A stretch of DNA of 64,000 nucleotides from Candidatus Eiseniibacteriota bacterium (GTDB lineage: Bacteria > Eisenbacteria > RBG-16-71-46): assembly GCA_963725865.1 (NCBI GenBank), contig CAVSAC010000010.1:1024001-1088000 (forward strand). The letters are read 5' to 3'. The translations under genes and the position numbers were made by a program. Under the pieces are notes generated by a model. That model was not told the DNA's origin. It saw nothing but the letters and a program-made list of their open reading frames with translations, and did not search any database. This document shows, in pieces, positions 11,046-20,795 of the stretch (its first letter is position 1; each line of letters starts with the position of its first letter).

Positions 11046-12109
11046 GAGCTCACCTCGCGGCCGGCCCCGACCGAGACCGCGGCCTCGGCCACCACCGGCG
11101 CCGGCAGGGTCCAGTGCATGACGCTGCCGCCCCAGGTCGCACCGCCGCCGAACGCGGCCATTCCAATGTGGTCGCCGCGCTGGATCCGCCCGGAGCGAAC
11201 CAGCTCGTCGAGCGCGATCGGGATCGAGGCGGACGAGGTGTTCCCGTAGCGATCGATGTTCACGTACATCTTCTCGGCCGGCAGGCCGAGCCGCTCGCGC
11301 ACCGCGTCGATGATGCGGAGGTTCGCCTGGTGCGGGATCACGAGATCGAGGTCGTCGATGCCGACGCCCGCCGCGGCCGTGCAGAGCCGCAGGCTGTCCT
11401 CCATCGAGCGCACCGCGAACGGGAACAGCTTCTTGCCCTGCATCTGGATGAAGTGCTGCCGGGCGCGCACGGTCTGCTCGCTCGCCGGGTTGAGCGAGAT
11501 GCCCGCGGGCACCTCGAGCACTTCGCCCATGTCGCCGTCACTGTGCATGTCGATCGCCACGATACCGGTGCCGCTCGCGCAGGGCCGGACGACCGCGGCG
11601 CCCGCGCCGTCGCCGAACAGCACGCAGGTGTTGCGATCGCTGTAGTCCACGATGCGCGAGAGGGTCTCGACGCCCACGACCAGCACGGTGTCCGCCACGC
11701 CGGCGCCGACCAGCCCGCGAGCCATCCCGAGCCCGAACACGAAACCCGTGCAGGCCGCGAACACGTCGTAGGCCGCGGCGCGCGGGGCGCCCAGCTTGCG
11801 CTGGAGCGTGCAGGCGCATGAAGGCAGGATGCGATCGGGGGTGGTGGTCGCCACCAGGATGTGGTCGATCTCGCGGGCCTCGAGCTTCGCCATCGCCAGC
11901 GCGCGCTGGCAGGCGATCAGGGCGAGGTCCGACGACGCCTGATCCGCCGCGGCGATGCGCCGCTCGCGGATGCCCGTGCGCTCGACGATCCACTCGTCCG
12001 ACGTCTCGACCATGCTCTCGAGGTCGGCATTGGAGAGGATGCGCTCGGGCACGTACATGCCGGTGCCGGTGATGGTGGCGCCCCGGATGGCGTCAGGCCG
12101 CGCTGTCAT
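11042..12109 (-). CDS. fabH: 3-oxoacyl-ACP synthase III
   Basis: AACTGF, FGDGAGA, PHQAN, GNTSSAS. Confidence 0.96.
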   Translation of the reverse strand: MTARPDAIRGATITGTGMYVPERILSNADLESMVETSDEWIVERTGIRERRIAAADQASSDLALIACQRALAMAKLEAREIDHILVATTTPDRILPSCACTLQRKLGAPRAAAYDVFAACTGFVFGLGMARGLVGAGVADTVLVVGVETLSRIVDYSDRNTCVLFGDGAGAAVVRPCASGTGIVAIDMHSDGDMGEVLEVPAGISLNPASEQTVRARQHFIQMQGKKLFPFAVRSMEDSLRLCTAAAGVGIDDLDLVIPHQANLRIIDAVRERLGLPAEKMYVNIDRYGNTSSASIPIALDELVRSGRIQRGDHIGMAAFGGGATWGGSVMHWTLPAPVVAEAAVSVGAGREVSS

Positions 12110-13118
12110 GGTCCGCCAGAATCTCCTCACGGATGTGGGCGTTGACCCGCTCCGTCACGAAACGGTGCATGGTGCGGATCGCACTACGGAACGCGCGCGG
12201 CCCGCTGCGCCCGTGACCGATGAAGCAGACGCCGTTCACGCCCAGCAGCGGGGCGGCGCCGTGCTCCTCCCAGTCGAGGCGTCGCTTCATGCGCTTCAAC
12301 GCCGGCGCCATCAACACCGCGCCCGCTTTGGCGAGCAGGTCCCTCCTGAGCTCCTCACGGACGTACTGGGTGAACAGGCTCACGACCCCCTCGGCGGTCT
12401 TCAGCATCACGTTGCCGGTGAAGCCGTCGGTCACGATGACGTCGCAGGTGCCCTTGAAGACATCGCGGCCCTCGACGTTGCCGATGAAGTTCAGATGGCG
12501 CGCTTCCTTGAGCAGCGGCAGGGTCTCAAGCACCAGGCTGTTGCCCTTGGTGTCCTCCTCCCCGATCGACAGCAGGCCGACGGTGGGATTGGAGCGCCCC
12601 AGCAGGTGGCGCGCGTAGACCGAACCCATGTGCGCGAACTGCACCAGGTAGCTGGACTTGCACTCGGAGTTCGCGCCGAGGTCGAGCACGATGCTGCCCC
12701 CCGAGGCGCTCGGCATGAACGCCGCGAGCGCCGGGCGCGACACCGACTCGAGGCGGCCGAGGCCGAGCAGTGCCGAGGCCACCACCGCTCCGGTGTTGCC
12801 CGCGCTGAACATGCCGTCGACGCCGCCCTCCTTGTGGAGCTGGGTCAGCACCGCGAGCGAAGACTGGCTCTTCTTGCGAACGGCGGTGGCGGCCTTGTCG
12901 GCCATGTCGATGCGCTCCGGCGCGTGCACCACGTCGATCGCGTAGCCCTCGACGTGCGCGTGCTTCAGCGCCACGCGCAGCTCGCCCTCGTGCCCGACGA
13001 GCGTGATCGCGAAGCTGCCGGGCATTTCGCGGAAGGCGAGCGCGACCCCCTCGACGATGGCGGCGACTCCCAGGTCGCCCCCCATCGCGTCAATCCCGAT
13101 GCGCGGGATCGAGGACAT
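12093..13118 (-). CDS. plsX: Phosphate acyltransferase
   Basis: IDAMGGD, SAGNTGA, LDLGAN, DGFTGNV. Confidence 0.95.
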   Translation of the reverse strand: MSSIPRIGIDAMGGDLGVAAIVEGVALAFREMPGSFAITLVGHEGELRVALKHAHVEGYAIDVVHAPERIDMADKAATAVRKKSQSSLAVLTQLHKEGGVDGMFSAGNTGAVVASALLGLGRLESVSRPALAAFMPSASGGSIVLDLGANSECKSSYLVQFAHMGSVYARHLLGRSNPTVGLLSIGEEDTKGNSLVLETLPLLKEARHLNFIGNVEGRDVFKGTCDVIVTDGFTGNVMLKTAEGVVSLFTQYVREELRRDLLAKAGAVLMAPALKRMKRRLDWEEHGAAPLLGVNGVCFIGHGRSGPRAFRSAIRTMHRFVTERVNAHIREEILADHDSAA

Positions 13119-13138
13119 GGATTCAGTCCTGGTCCGGA

Positions 13139-13321
13139 CTACTCTTCACGCGGGGCGACGATCTCTTCACCGTCGTAGAAGCCGCAGTTGGGGCAGATGT
13201 GGTGCGGCTGCTTGGGGCTGCTGCAGTGGCTGCAGTTCTGGATGCCGGGCTGCTTGAGCTTCCAGTGCGTGCGGCGCTTCTTGCCGCGCGTGCTGGAGTG
13301 CCTCCGCTTGGGAACCGCCAT
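13139..13321 (-). CDS. rpmF: 50S ribosomal protein L32 (zinc-binding form)
   Basis: MAVPKRRHS..CSHC..HHICPNCGFY. Confidence 0.96.
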   Translation of the reverse strand: MAVPKRRHSSTRGKKRRTHWKLKQPGIQNCSHCSSPKQPHHICPNCGFYDGEEIVAPREE

Positions 13322-13369
13322 GGCGATCTCCTTCGTCTTCGGACCGGCGCGAGGGCCGAGAATCCGTGC

Positions 13370-13840
13370 CTATGCGCCGCATCCGCATGGCCCGGCGTTC
13401 AGGTCGGCACCGCAGCGCGGACACAGCCCGCGGCAGTCCTCCCGACAACGGGGGGTCATGGGGACCTCGAGCAGCAGCGCCTCGCGAGCTTCCTCGCCGA
13501 GGTCGAGCCGCCGCCCGTCGTGGAACTTCATGTAATGATCGCGCTCGAGAGCCTTTTCCTCGTCTCTCGAGCCCGTTCCCATCCGCTCGGCGTACACCTC
13601 GAGCGGCACCTGGATCGGCAGGTCGAACGCGCCCAGACAGCGGACGCATTCCAAGCGCGCCACGGCGCCCAGTCGGCCTCGGATCGAGACCCGGTCGCCG
13701 TTCTGCTCGACGTCGAACTGCCCGCGAACGGAGCCGGACCATTCCGATGCCGCGAGTCCCAGGGCAGCTGCCTCGGCCTCGACCTCAACCCGGCTCAGCC
13801 CCGCCGGCAGTGTGGCTAGATCGATGAGAAATGAGGACAT
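13370..13840 (-). CDS. yceD: DUF177/YceD family protein
   Basis: CVRCL and CREDCRGLCPRCGADLN; usual position upstream of rpmF. Confidence 0.9.
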   Translation of the reverse strand: MSSFLIDLATLPAGLSRVEVEAEAAALGLAASEWSGSVRGQFDVEQNGDRVSIRGRLGAVARLECVRCLGAFDLPIQVPLEVYAERMGTGSRDEEKALERDHYMKFHDGRRLDLGEEAREALLLEVPMTPRCREDCRGLCPRCGADLNAGPCGCGA

Positions 13841-13978
13841 ACAAAGAAGCCCGCCGCAGCGGGACCCGGAACGGTGCGGGACGTTAGCATACGGGCAACG
13901 CCCCGTCCACCCGCGAGAGGGTCTCCGCCGGTTGGGACGCCGGACGGGGTGCGCCCCCCTTCCGACCTCCGCTGCGGG

Positions 13979-14401
13979 TCAGCGCGCCAGCGCGGCGACC
14001 CCGAAGAACAGCTTCACCTCGCGCTCGGCACTCGCCAGGCTGTCGGAGGCATGAACCGAATTGCGACCTTTGCTCTCGGCGTAGAGCTTGCGAATGGTGC
14101 CGTCGGCCGCCTGCGCCGGATCGGTGGCGCCGATGACTTCGCGCAGATACGCCACCCCGCCCTCACGCTCGAGGCACGTGAGCATGACCGGCCCGGAGGT
14201 CATGTACTCCACCAGGTCGAGGAAGAACGGCTTGCCGTTGTGCTCGGCGTAGAACTCCTGGCACTGCTCGCGGGTCAGCCGCGCGAAGCGTGCCTCGACG
14301 ATGCGGAAGCCCTTCGCCTCGACGTGCGCGAGGAGCCTTCCGATCAGATTGCGCTGAACGGCGTCGGGCTTGACGATGAACAGGGGGCGCTCCAGAGCCA
14401 T
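13979..14401 (-). CDS. ndk: Nucleoside-diphosphate kinase
   Basis: IVKPDAV, KPFF..YMTSGP, GTIR, NSVHASDS. Confidence 0.95.
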   Translation of the reverse strand: MALERPLFIVKPDAVQRNLIGRLLAHVEAKGFRIVEARFARLTREQCQEFYAEHNGKPFFLDLVEYMTSGPVMLTCLEREGGVAYLREVIGATDPAQAADGTIRKLYAESKGRNSVHASDSLASAEREVKLFFGVAALAR

Positions 14402-14463
14402 ACCTCTCCTTCGGTCACGGGGCGCGAACGCCCCGGGATGATCGTGTTCGGGTCGCGGAGCGG

Positions 14464-15516
14464 CTAGCGCCGCCCCCGCTTCTTTCCTGCCGGCTTGCCG
14501 CCCGCTCGCTTCGCGCGGGCCGGCGGACGCGCGGGCCGCTTCGCCGACTTCGCCTTGCGGGCCGCTGATTTCGCTGCCGGCTGGCGCGCGGCCGGCCTGG
14601 CCTTGCCCTTCGCGCGGGTCCGCCGGCGCTGCAGCGCCGCGCGGATCAACGACGGGATCTCCGACGGGATGCGCGCCACCGGCACGCCCGCCGCCTCGAA
14701 GGCCGCCATCTTCTCCGCCGCGGTTCCGGTGCCGCCGGAGATGATCGCGCCGGCGTGTCCCATGCGCTTGCCCGGGGGCGCGGTCTGGCCGGCGATGAAC
14801 GCGACCACCGGCTTGGTGACGTGGCGCCGGATGAAGTGCGCCGCCTCCTCCTCGTCGGTGCCGCCGATCTCGCCCATCAGGCAGATCGCCTCGGTGCGCG
14901 GGTCGGCCTCGAACGCCGTCAGCGCATCGATGAAATTGGTGCCGATGATCGGGTCGCCGCCGATGCCGAGGCAGGTCGACTGCCCGAGGTCGGCGAGCGT
15001 GAGCTGGTGGACGACCTCGTACGTGAGCGTCCCGCTGCGCGAGACCACGCCGATCGGCCCCGGCTTGGCGATGTGACCCGGCATGATGCCGACCCGCGCG
15101 ATGCCGGGCGCCAGCAGCCCGGGGCAGTTCGGGCCCACCAGTCGCGGCCGGCCGTTGCCGTGCTGCTCGCGCAGCGTCGCGACGTGGTGGAACGCCACCA
15201 TGGTGTCGCGCACCGGCACGCCCTCGGTGATGCAGACGATCAGCCCGATCCCCGCGTCGGCCGCTTCCATGATCGCGTCGGCCGCGAACGGGGCCGGCAC
15301 GTAGATCACCGAGGCGTTCGCCTTGGTCGCCGCGACCGCCGCGGCCACGCTGTCGAACACCGGCACGCCGTGCATCTGGGTGCCGCCCTTGCCCGGGGTC
15401 ACGCCCGCCACCACCTTGGTGCCGTAGGCGATCATCTGCTGGGTGTGGAACGCGCCGTCGCGGCCGGTGATGCCCTGCACGACCAGGCGCGTGCTCTTGT
15501 CGATCAGGATGCTCAC
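14464..15516 (-). CDS. sucD: Succinyl-CoA synthetase alpha subunit with basic C-terminal tail
   Basis: GTG start overlapping the sucC stop; [30 protein letters not shown]. Confidence 0.95.
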   Translation of the reverse strand: MSILIDKSTRLVVQGITGRDGAFHTQQMIAYGTKVVAGVTPGKGGTQMHGVPVFDSVAAAVAATKANASVIYVPAPFAADAIMEAADAGIGLIVCITEGVPVRDTMVAFHHVATLREQHGNGRPRLVGPNCPGLLAPGIARVGIMPGHIAKPGPIGVVSRSGTLTYEVVHQLTLADLGQSTCLGIGGDPIIGTNFIDALTAFEADPRTEAICLMGEIGGTDEEEAAHFIRRHVTKPVVAFIAGQTAPPGKRMGHAGAIISGGTGTAAEKMAAFEAAGVPVARIPSEIPSLIRAALQRRRTRAKGKARPAARQPAAKSAARKAKSAKRPARPPARAKRAGGKPAGKKRGRR

Positions 15517-16652
15517 GCCGTCACCTCCTGCGACTTCTCGATCACCATCCGGACGGCGTCGTCCATGCTGGTCGTGGCCCCGAGGCCGTGGTCGGAGAGG
15601 ATCTTCCGCGCCAGCTCCTCGTTGGTGCCGGTGAGCCGGATCACCAGCGGCATCGGGAGCGGCGACTCCTTCAGCGAGGCCACGATGCCGTTGGCCACGT
15701 CGTCGCACCGCGTGATGCCACCGAAGATGTTGAACAGGATCGCGCGCACGTGGGAGTCGCTGGTGATGATCTTGAGCGCCGCGGTCACCTTCTCGGGATT
15801 CGACGAGCCGCCGATGTCGAGGAAGTTCGCGGGCTCGCCGCCGTAGTGCTTGACCAGGTCCATGGTCGCCATCGCCAGCCCGGCGCCGTTCACGATGCAG
15901 CCGATGTCGCCCTCGAGCTTCACGTACGAGAGCCCCTTCTCGCGCGCCAGCCGCGCCCCCGCGGTCTCGTCGCCGCTGTCGCGCCAGGTCTCCCAGTCGC
16001 GATGCCGGAAGTCGGCGTTGTCGTCGAGGATCACCTTGGCGTCCAGCGCCATCACCTTGCCCGCGGGCGTCACGGCGAGCGGGTTGATCTCCGCCAGCGA
16101 ACAGTCGCCCTCGGTGTAGACGCGGTGGAGCTTGAGCAGGATGTCGGCGGCCTGCGCGACCAGCGAGCCGTCCTTCAGGAGCGGCTGGAACAGGGCGCGC
16201 GCCTCGTAGGACCGCAGCCCGCCGAGCGGGATGGCGCGCTTCACGATCTTCTCGGGCGCCGTCCGCGCGACCTCCTCGATGTCCACGCCGCCCTCGGCCG
16301 ACAGCATGATGAGGGGCAGCTTCTTCGCGCGATCCAGCACGATCGACAGGTAGAGCTCGCGCGCGATGTCGGCCGCCTGGGCGACCAGCACCTTGTGCAC
16401 CGGCAGGCCCTTGATCGTGAGCGCGAGGATGTCGCGCGCACGATCGAACGCCTCGTCGGGCGAAAGCGCGAGCTTGACGCCGCCCGCCTTGCCGCGGCCG
16501 CCGACCAGCACCTGGGCCTTGATCACGACCGTGCCACCGAGCGAGGCCGCGATATCCCGTGCCTCCTCGGGCGTGGCCGCGACCTGGCCCGGCAGCACCG
16601 GCAGGCCGAAGCGCGCGAATAGCTCCTTACCCTGGTATTCGTGAAGATTCAT
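15513..16652 (-). CDS. sucC: Succinyl-CoA synthetase beta subunit
   Basis: [37 protein letters not shown]. Confidence 0.96.
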   Translation of the reverse strand: MNLHEYQGKELFARFGLPVLPGQVAATPEEARDIAASLGGTVVIKAQVLVGGRGKAGGVKLALSPDEAFDRARDILALTIKGLPVHKVLVAQAADIARELYLSIVLDRAKKLPLIMLSAEGGVDIEEVARTAPEKIVKRAIPLGGLRSYEARALFQPLLKDGSLVAQAADILLKLHRVYTEGDCSLAEINPLAVTPAGKVMALDAKVILDDNADFRHRDWETWRDSGDETAGARLAREKGLSYVKLEGDIGCIVNGAGLAMATMDLVKHYGGEPANFLDIGGSSNPEKVTAALKIITSDSHVRAILFNIFGGITRCDDVANGIVASLKESPLPMPLVIRLTGTNEELARKILSDHGLGATTSMDDAVRMVIEKSQEVTA

Positions 16653-16816
16653 GACCTCTCCCGTGGGACGAGGCCCCGGCCGCCGTGGCGGCCGGGCCTG
16701 GACTCGTGGGTCTGGGATCGAGGAACGGACGAAGTACCCTAAGGGAGGCGCTCGGTCGAATCAAGCGGCCGGCCGTCCCCGGGCGCCTGACTCAGGCGTC
16801 GAGGCGCTGTCAGCGC

Positions 16817-18298
16817 CTAGCTGTTGTCGATCTGGGCCCGCTGCAGCTTGCCGCTGAAGTCCACATAGATGCTCTTCCACTCGGTGAACGGGTCGAGCAT
16901 CGTGTGGCCGGCCTCGCGGTGGCCGTTGCCGGTGCCGCGGTTGCCGCCGAACGGCAGATGGGTCTCGGCGCCGGTGGTGCCGTGGTTCACGTACACGATG
17001 CCGGTGTCGAGGTCGCGCATGGCGGCGAACGCGCGGTTCACGTCGCGCGTGAAGATCGACGAAGACAGCCCGTAGGACGACGCGTTGTTCACCGCGACCG
17101 CGTGCGCCATGTCCTTCACCCTCACGACCGACAGCACCGGGCCGAAGATCTCCTCGACCGCGATGCGGGCGTCCTCCTTCACGTCCGCGAACACGGTGGG
17201 CTGGTGGAAATGGCCCTTCGCGAGCGCGCCCTGGGTGAGCGCCGAGCCGCCGGTCGCCAGCCGGCCCTCGTTGCGACCGATGGCGACGTAGCGCAGTACC
17301 GTCTCGAGCTGGCCCTTGTTGATGCAGGGCCCCATCTGAACCGACGGATCGAGGCCGTCGCCCACCTTCCAGGCGGCCGCCATCTTGGCGACGCGGTCCA
17401 CCAGCTCGTCGTGCACCTTCTCGTGGGCGAGCACGCGGCTGCACGCGGTGCAGCGCTGGCCCGTGGTGCCGAACGCGCTCCACACGATGGCCTCGGCCGC
17501 CAGCTGCAGGTCGGCGTCGTCCATCACGAGGATCGCGTTCTTACCGCCCATCTCGAGCGAGATGCGCTTGCCGAGTGCCCCGCCCTTGCCGCCGATCGCG
17601 TTGCCCACCTCGGTCGAGCCGGTGAACGAGATCACCGCGATGCCGGGGTGGCCGACCATCGGGTCACCCACGTTGCGGCCCGAGCCGAACACGATGTTGA
17701 GCACGCCCGGCGGGAGCCCGGCCTCCTCGAAGATCTTCACGAAGTGCCACGCCGACTCGGGCGTGTCGCCCGCCGGCTTGAACACGCACGTGTTCCCCGC
17801 AACCAGCGCGGGCATCATCTTCCAGGAGGGGATCGCGAACGGGAAGTTCCACGGCGTGATGAATCCGCAGACGCCGATCGGTGAGCGCACGCTCATCGCC
17901 CACTTGTTCGGCATCTCGCTCGGGGTGGTGACGCCGAACAGGCGCCGCCCCTCGCCGGCGGCGAGGTACGCCATGTCGATGCCTTCCTGCACGTCGCCGC
18001 GAGTCTCGATGAGGATCTTGCCCATCTCGCGCGTCATCGCGCGGGCCAGGTCCTCCTTGCGGGCGCGGATGATCTCGCCGGCGCGGAACACGATCTCGGC
18101 GCGCTTCGGCGCCGGCACCAGCCGCCACGTCGTGTAGGCCTTGGCGGCCGCGGCGACCGCGTCGTCGACGTCGCCCGACTCGGAGGCCGGGAATTCGCCC
18201 AGCGACTCGCCGTTCGCGGGATTGAGATTGAGGAAGTTCTTGCCGCTGCGGGCCGGGACCCAGCGCCCACCGATGTAGTTCAGGAACTTCTCGGACAT
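16817..18298 (-). CDS. Aldehyde dehydrogenase family protein
   Basis: ITPWNFP, FTGSTEVG, LEMGGKN, GQRCTA, EEIFGPV. Confidence 0.93.
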   Translation of the reverse strand: MSEKFLNYIGGRWVPARSGKNFLNLNPANGESLGEFPASESGDVDDAVAAAAKAYTTWRLVPAPKRAEIVFRAGEIIRARKEDLARAMTREMGKILIETRGDVQEGIDMAYLAAGEGRRLFGVTTPSEMPNKWAMSVRSPIGVCGFITPWNFPFAIPSWKMMPALVAGNTCVFKPAGDTPESAWHFVKIFEEAGLPPGVLNIVFGSGRNVGDPMVGHPGIAVISFTGSTEVGNAIGGKGGALGKRISLEMGGKNAILVMDDADLQLAAEAIVWSAFGTTGQRCTACSRVLAHEKVHDELVDRVAKMAAAWKVGDGLDPSVQMGPCINKGQLETVLRYVAIGRNEGRLATGGSALTQGALAKGHFHQPTVFADVKEDARIAVEEIFGPVLSVVRVKDMAHAVAVNNASSYGLSSSIFTRDVNRAFAAMRDLDTGIVYVNHGTTGAETHLPFGGNRGTGNGHREAGHTMLDPFTEWKSIYVDFSGKLQRAQIDNS

Positions 18299-18472
18299 GA
18301 CGGTTCTCCGTGCCGGGCGCAGGTCGTTCCGCCGCGGCACCGTGTGGGGGGCGCGGGAGCGGAACGTGATGGATCGCCCGGGAAAATGGACGAGCCAAGG
18401 TAAAGGGGCCGGACGGAGGAAGGCAAGCGGGGGCGATTGGGCGCGGCCTCCCGCCAGGCCGCGACGGCCCGA

Positions 18473-18994
18473 TCATTCGTCGCGTGCCACCTTCACCCGC
18501 TTCCAGGTGACGTGCCCGTCCTTTACGGCGTACTCGAGCAGCGCGAAGCCCCCGACGTGGCCGTCCTCAAAGCGCGCGAACACCCAGCGGTCGTTCAAGA
18601 CGTGGACGTCCGCGTCCGAGTAGAAGCCCATCGTCCCGCCGAGCACGCCCTCATACGGGATCAGCTCGCGGTGCTTCGCGAGGTCGGCCTTGAGATCCGC
18701 GATCGGATTCGCGAGCCCCCGCTCCTTGAGCGCGTCGATCTCGAACGGCCCGATGGCGTCGACCGGCCGGTCCGCGCTCTGCGCCAGCGCCAGCTGGCGG
18801 CGCAGGGAGTCCACCTCCCGCGACAGCGAGTCGACCGGCGCACTGGCGATGCTCGGCACCCGCGATGCCACCCGCTGCGCCACCGTCAGCACCACCACCG
18901 CGGCGGCCAGCGCCGCGAGCGAGGCCACGAACAGCATCGTCACCATCGGGGTCAGCGAGAACCCCGGCTCGTTCCGTCCCGCCTGCGCGCTCAT
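18473..18994 (-). CDS. Membrane-anchored hypothetical protein
   Basis: ATG at 18994 overlaps (ATGA) the shifted-frame stop of the upstream gene; one TM segment, coiled stretch, then IPYEGVLGGTMGF..FARFEDGH. Confidence 0.65.
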   Translation of the reverse strand: MSAQAGRNEPGFSLTPMVTMLFVASLAALAAAVVVLTVAQRVASRVPSIASAPVDSLSREVDSLRRQLALAQSADRPVDAIGPFEIDALKERGLANPIADLKADLAKHRELIPYEGVLGGTMGFYSDADVHVLNDRWVFARFEDGHVGGFALLEYAVKDGHVTWKRVKVARDE

Positions 18995-20671
18995 CGGACC
19001 ACCGCGAGCCGCGCCACGCGCTCGCCTGCGGCCGCCCGCAGCCGCACCAGGTACACGCCCGGCGCGTCGCGGCGCGCGCAGCTCGAATGTCTCATCGTGC
19101 CAGCCTGCCGCCACCACGCCGAGCGCGCGCCGCTCGACCACGCGTCCCGCGATGTCGAGCAGCTCGAGCGTCGCGCTCTGCGGCCACCCGAGCGCGAACC
19201 GCACCTCGACGCGCGTGCGCGCCGGGTTCGGGCGTACGTCGAGACCGCTCACGATCCGCCCGCGATCTGTCGGCACGCCGAGCCGCGGCTCCTGGCTCGG
19301 CTTGAACACCTGCACGCACGTATGGAACACAGTCGTCCCTCCCAGATCGAGCAGCGAGAACTTCAGGGTGTCGACCCATGTCCCCGTGAACGGTACCGGA
19401 ACGGGCACGGTGACGGGCACCACCGAATTCGCCGGCACGCTGACCTGCCCGGTGAGCGGCAGCCCTGGCCACCCATTCGTGTCGGTGAGGCGCCACGAAT
19501 ACACGTAGGCGTACGGGTGGGGATTGCCGGCCGCGTAGGTCTGCGACTGGATCGGATCGAGCGTGCCGTTCGCCGGGCGTGGGCACTCGACGATGGGCGC
19601 CTCCGCGGGATCGAACCGCAGTGCCCAGACCCCGACGGTGGAATGGTAGTCGCCGAACCAATTCGGAATGCTCCCGCTCACCACCCAGACTCGTGAGCGT
19701 CCCGGATCGTCGATCAGGAACGGGTGACTCCGATTGGGAGGCGGCGGACCGGCATCGACTCCGGGAAGACTCCACCACGGCGCGGGATCGAATCGAAGCC
19801 ACTCGATCGGGCGGAGCGCCTCATACCCCACGATTCGCCAGGAGATCAGCAGATCGAGTCCGGGATCGAAGACCCCCGCGAGCCTCCAGGGAATCAGCGG
19901 ATTCAGCGGGCGGATCGAGTCGACCGCTCCGGTGGCCGGATCCACGACGTCGAGTGTCCCCCAGGCGCGCGGGAGCTTCTGCTGGAGCAGGCGGTCGCGC
20001 GTCGAGTCATAGATCAGCTCGAACCCATATCGCCAGTCCGGGGCGGCATCCGGCACCAACTCGCTCCAGGTGCGCGGCTCCACGAGTTGGAGCGACCACA
20101 GATCCTGACGGACGATGAAGCCGTCCTCGGCGGTGTAGTAGTCACCACCCGAGATGAGCAAGTGGTTTCGTCGAGTGTCGAATGCGACGCCCGAGTAGAG
20201 GCGCAGCGGCGGAAACTCGCCCTCGACCGGGATGAGTTCCCAGTGCATCGGCTCGGCGAGTGAGAGGGCGACCACGGCACTCGGGTAGACCGCGCCTTCG
20301 AAGTCGACCGGCCCACTCCCTGCGTAGAAGAGCACCCGATCGCGAGAGGTGTCCGATATCGCTGCGCTCCACATGAACGGGGCCGGGTCCACGCCGGCGA
20401 GGCTCCAGCGCGAACCCGGGACCAGGTCAAGCGTCCACACTCGAATCGGCGTTCCCGCCCGGCTCATGTCCCGCCTGAGGGCGACGAGACGGTCGTGACG
20501 TGAATCGAGGAATGCCGCGAGAGTCCACTCGCCGGCCACCTCGCTGTCCGGCACCCAGCATTCCCAGTGAGGCAGCACTGGCGGCGACGCGATCGCGCGC
20601 GGCGGCGCGGCGGCGAGGACGAGCGCGAACACGCTCGCGGCGAGCAGCGCGTGCGGCGGACGCAGGCTCAT
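18991..20671 (-). CDS. Secreted beta-rich protein with C-terminal FlgD/T9SS-like sorting domain; frameshift near 19070
   Basis: Signal peptide; tail VRPNPAR..LELLDIAGRVV continues in the +1 frame as APGVYLVRLRAAAGERVARLAVVR-stop. Confidence 0.65.
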
Positions 20672-20795
20672 GGATCGCTCGACGGGGTCGAAGTGTGCGG
20701 CGCGACGCCTCGGGGGTCTGGAGGTGGCCGCTCCCGGGCGGCGATCCCGTCACCTTTCCGCACGCATGATACGCCCGCGCCGCCTCGCCAGCCCG

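Noticed and set aside
18920..18994. PGFSLTPMV looks like a type IV prepilin cleavage motif
   Set aside because: Position +5 is Pro rather than Glu and there is no pilus gene context.
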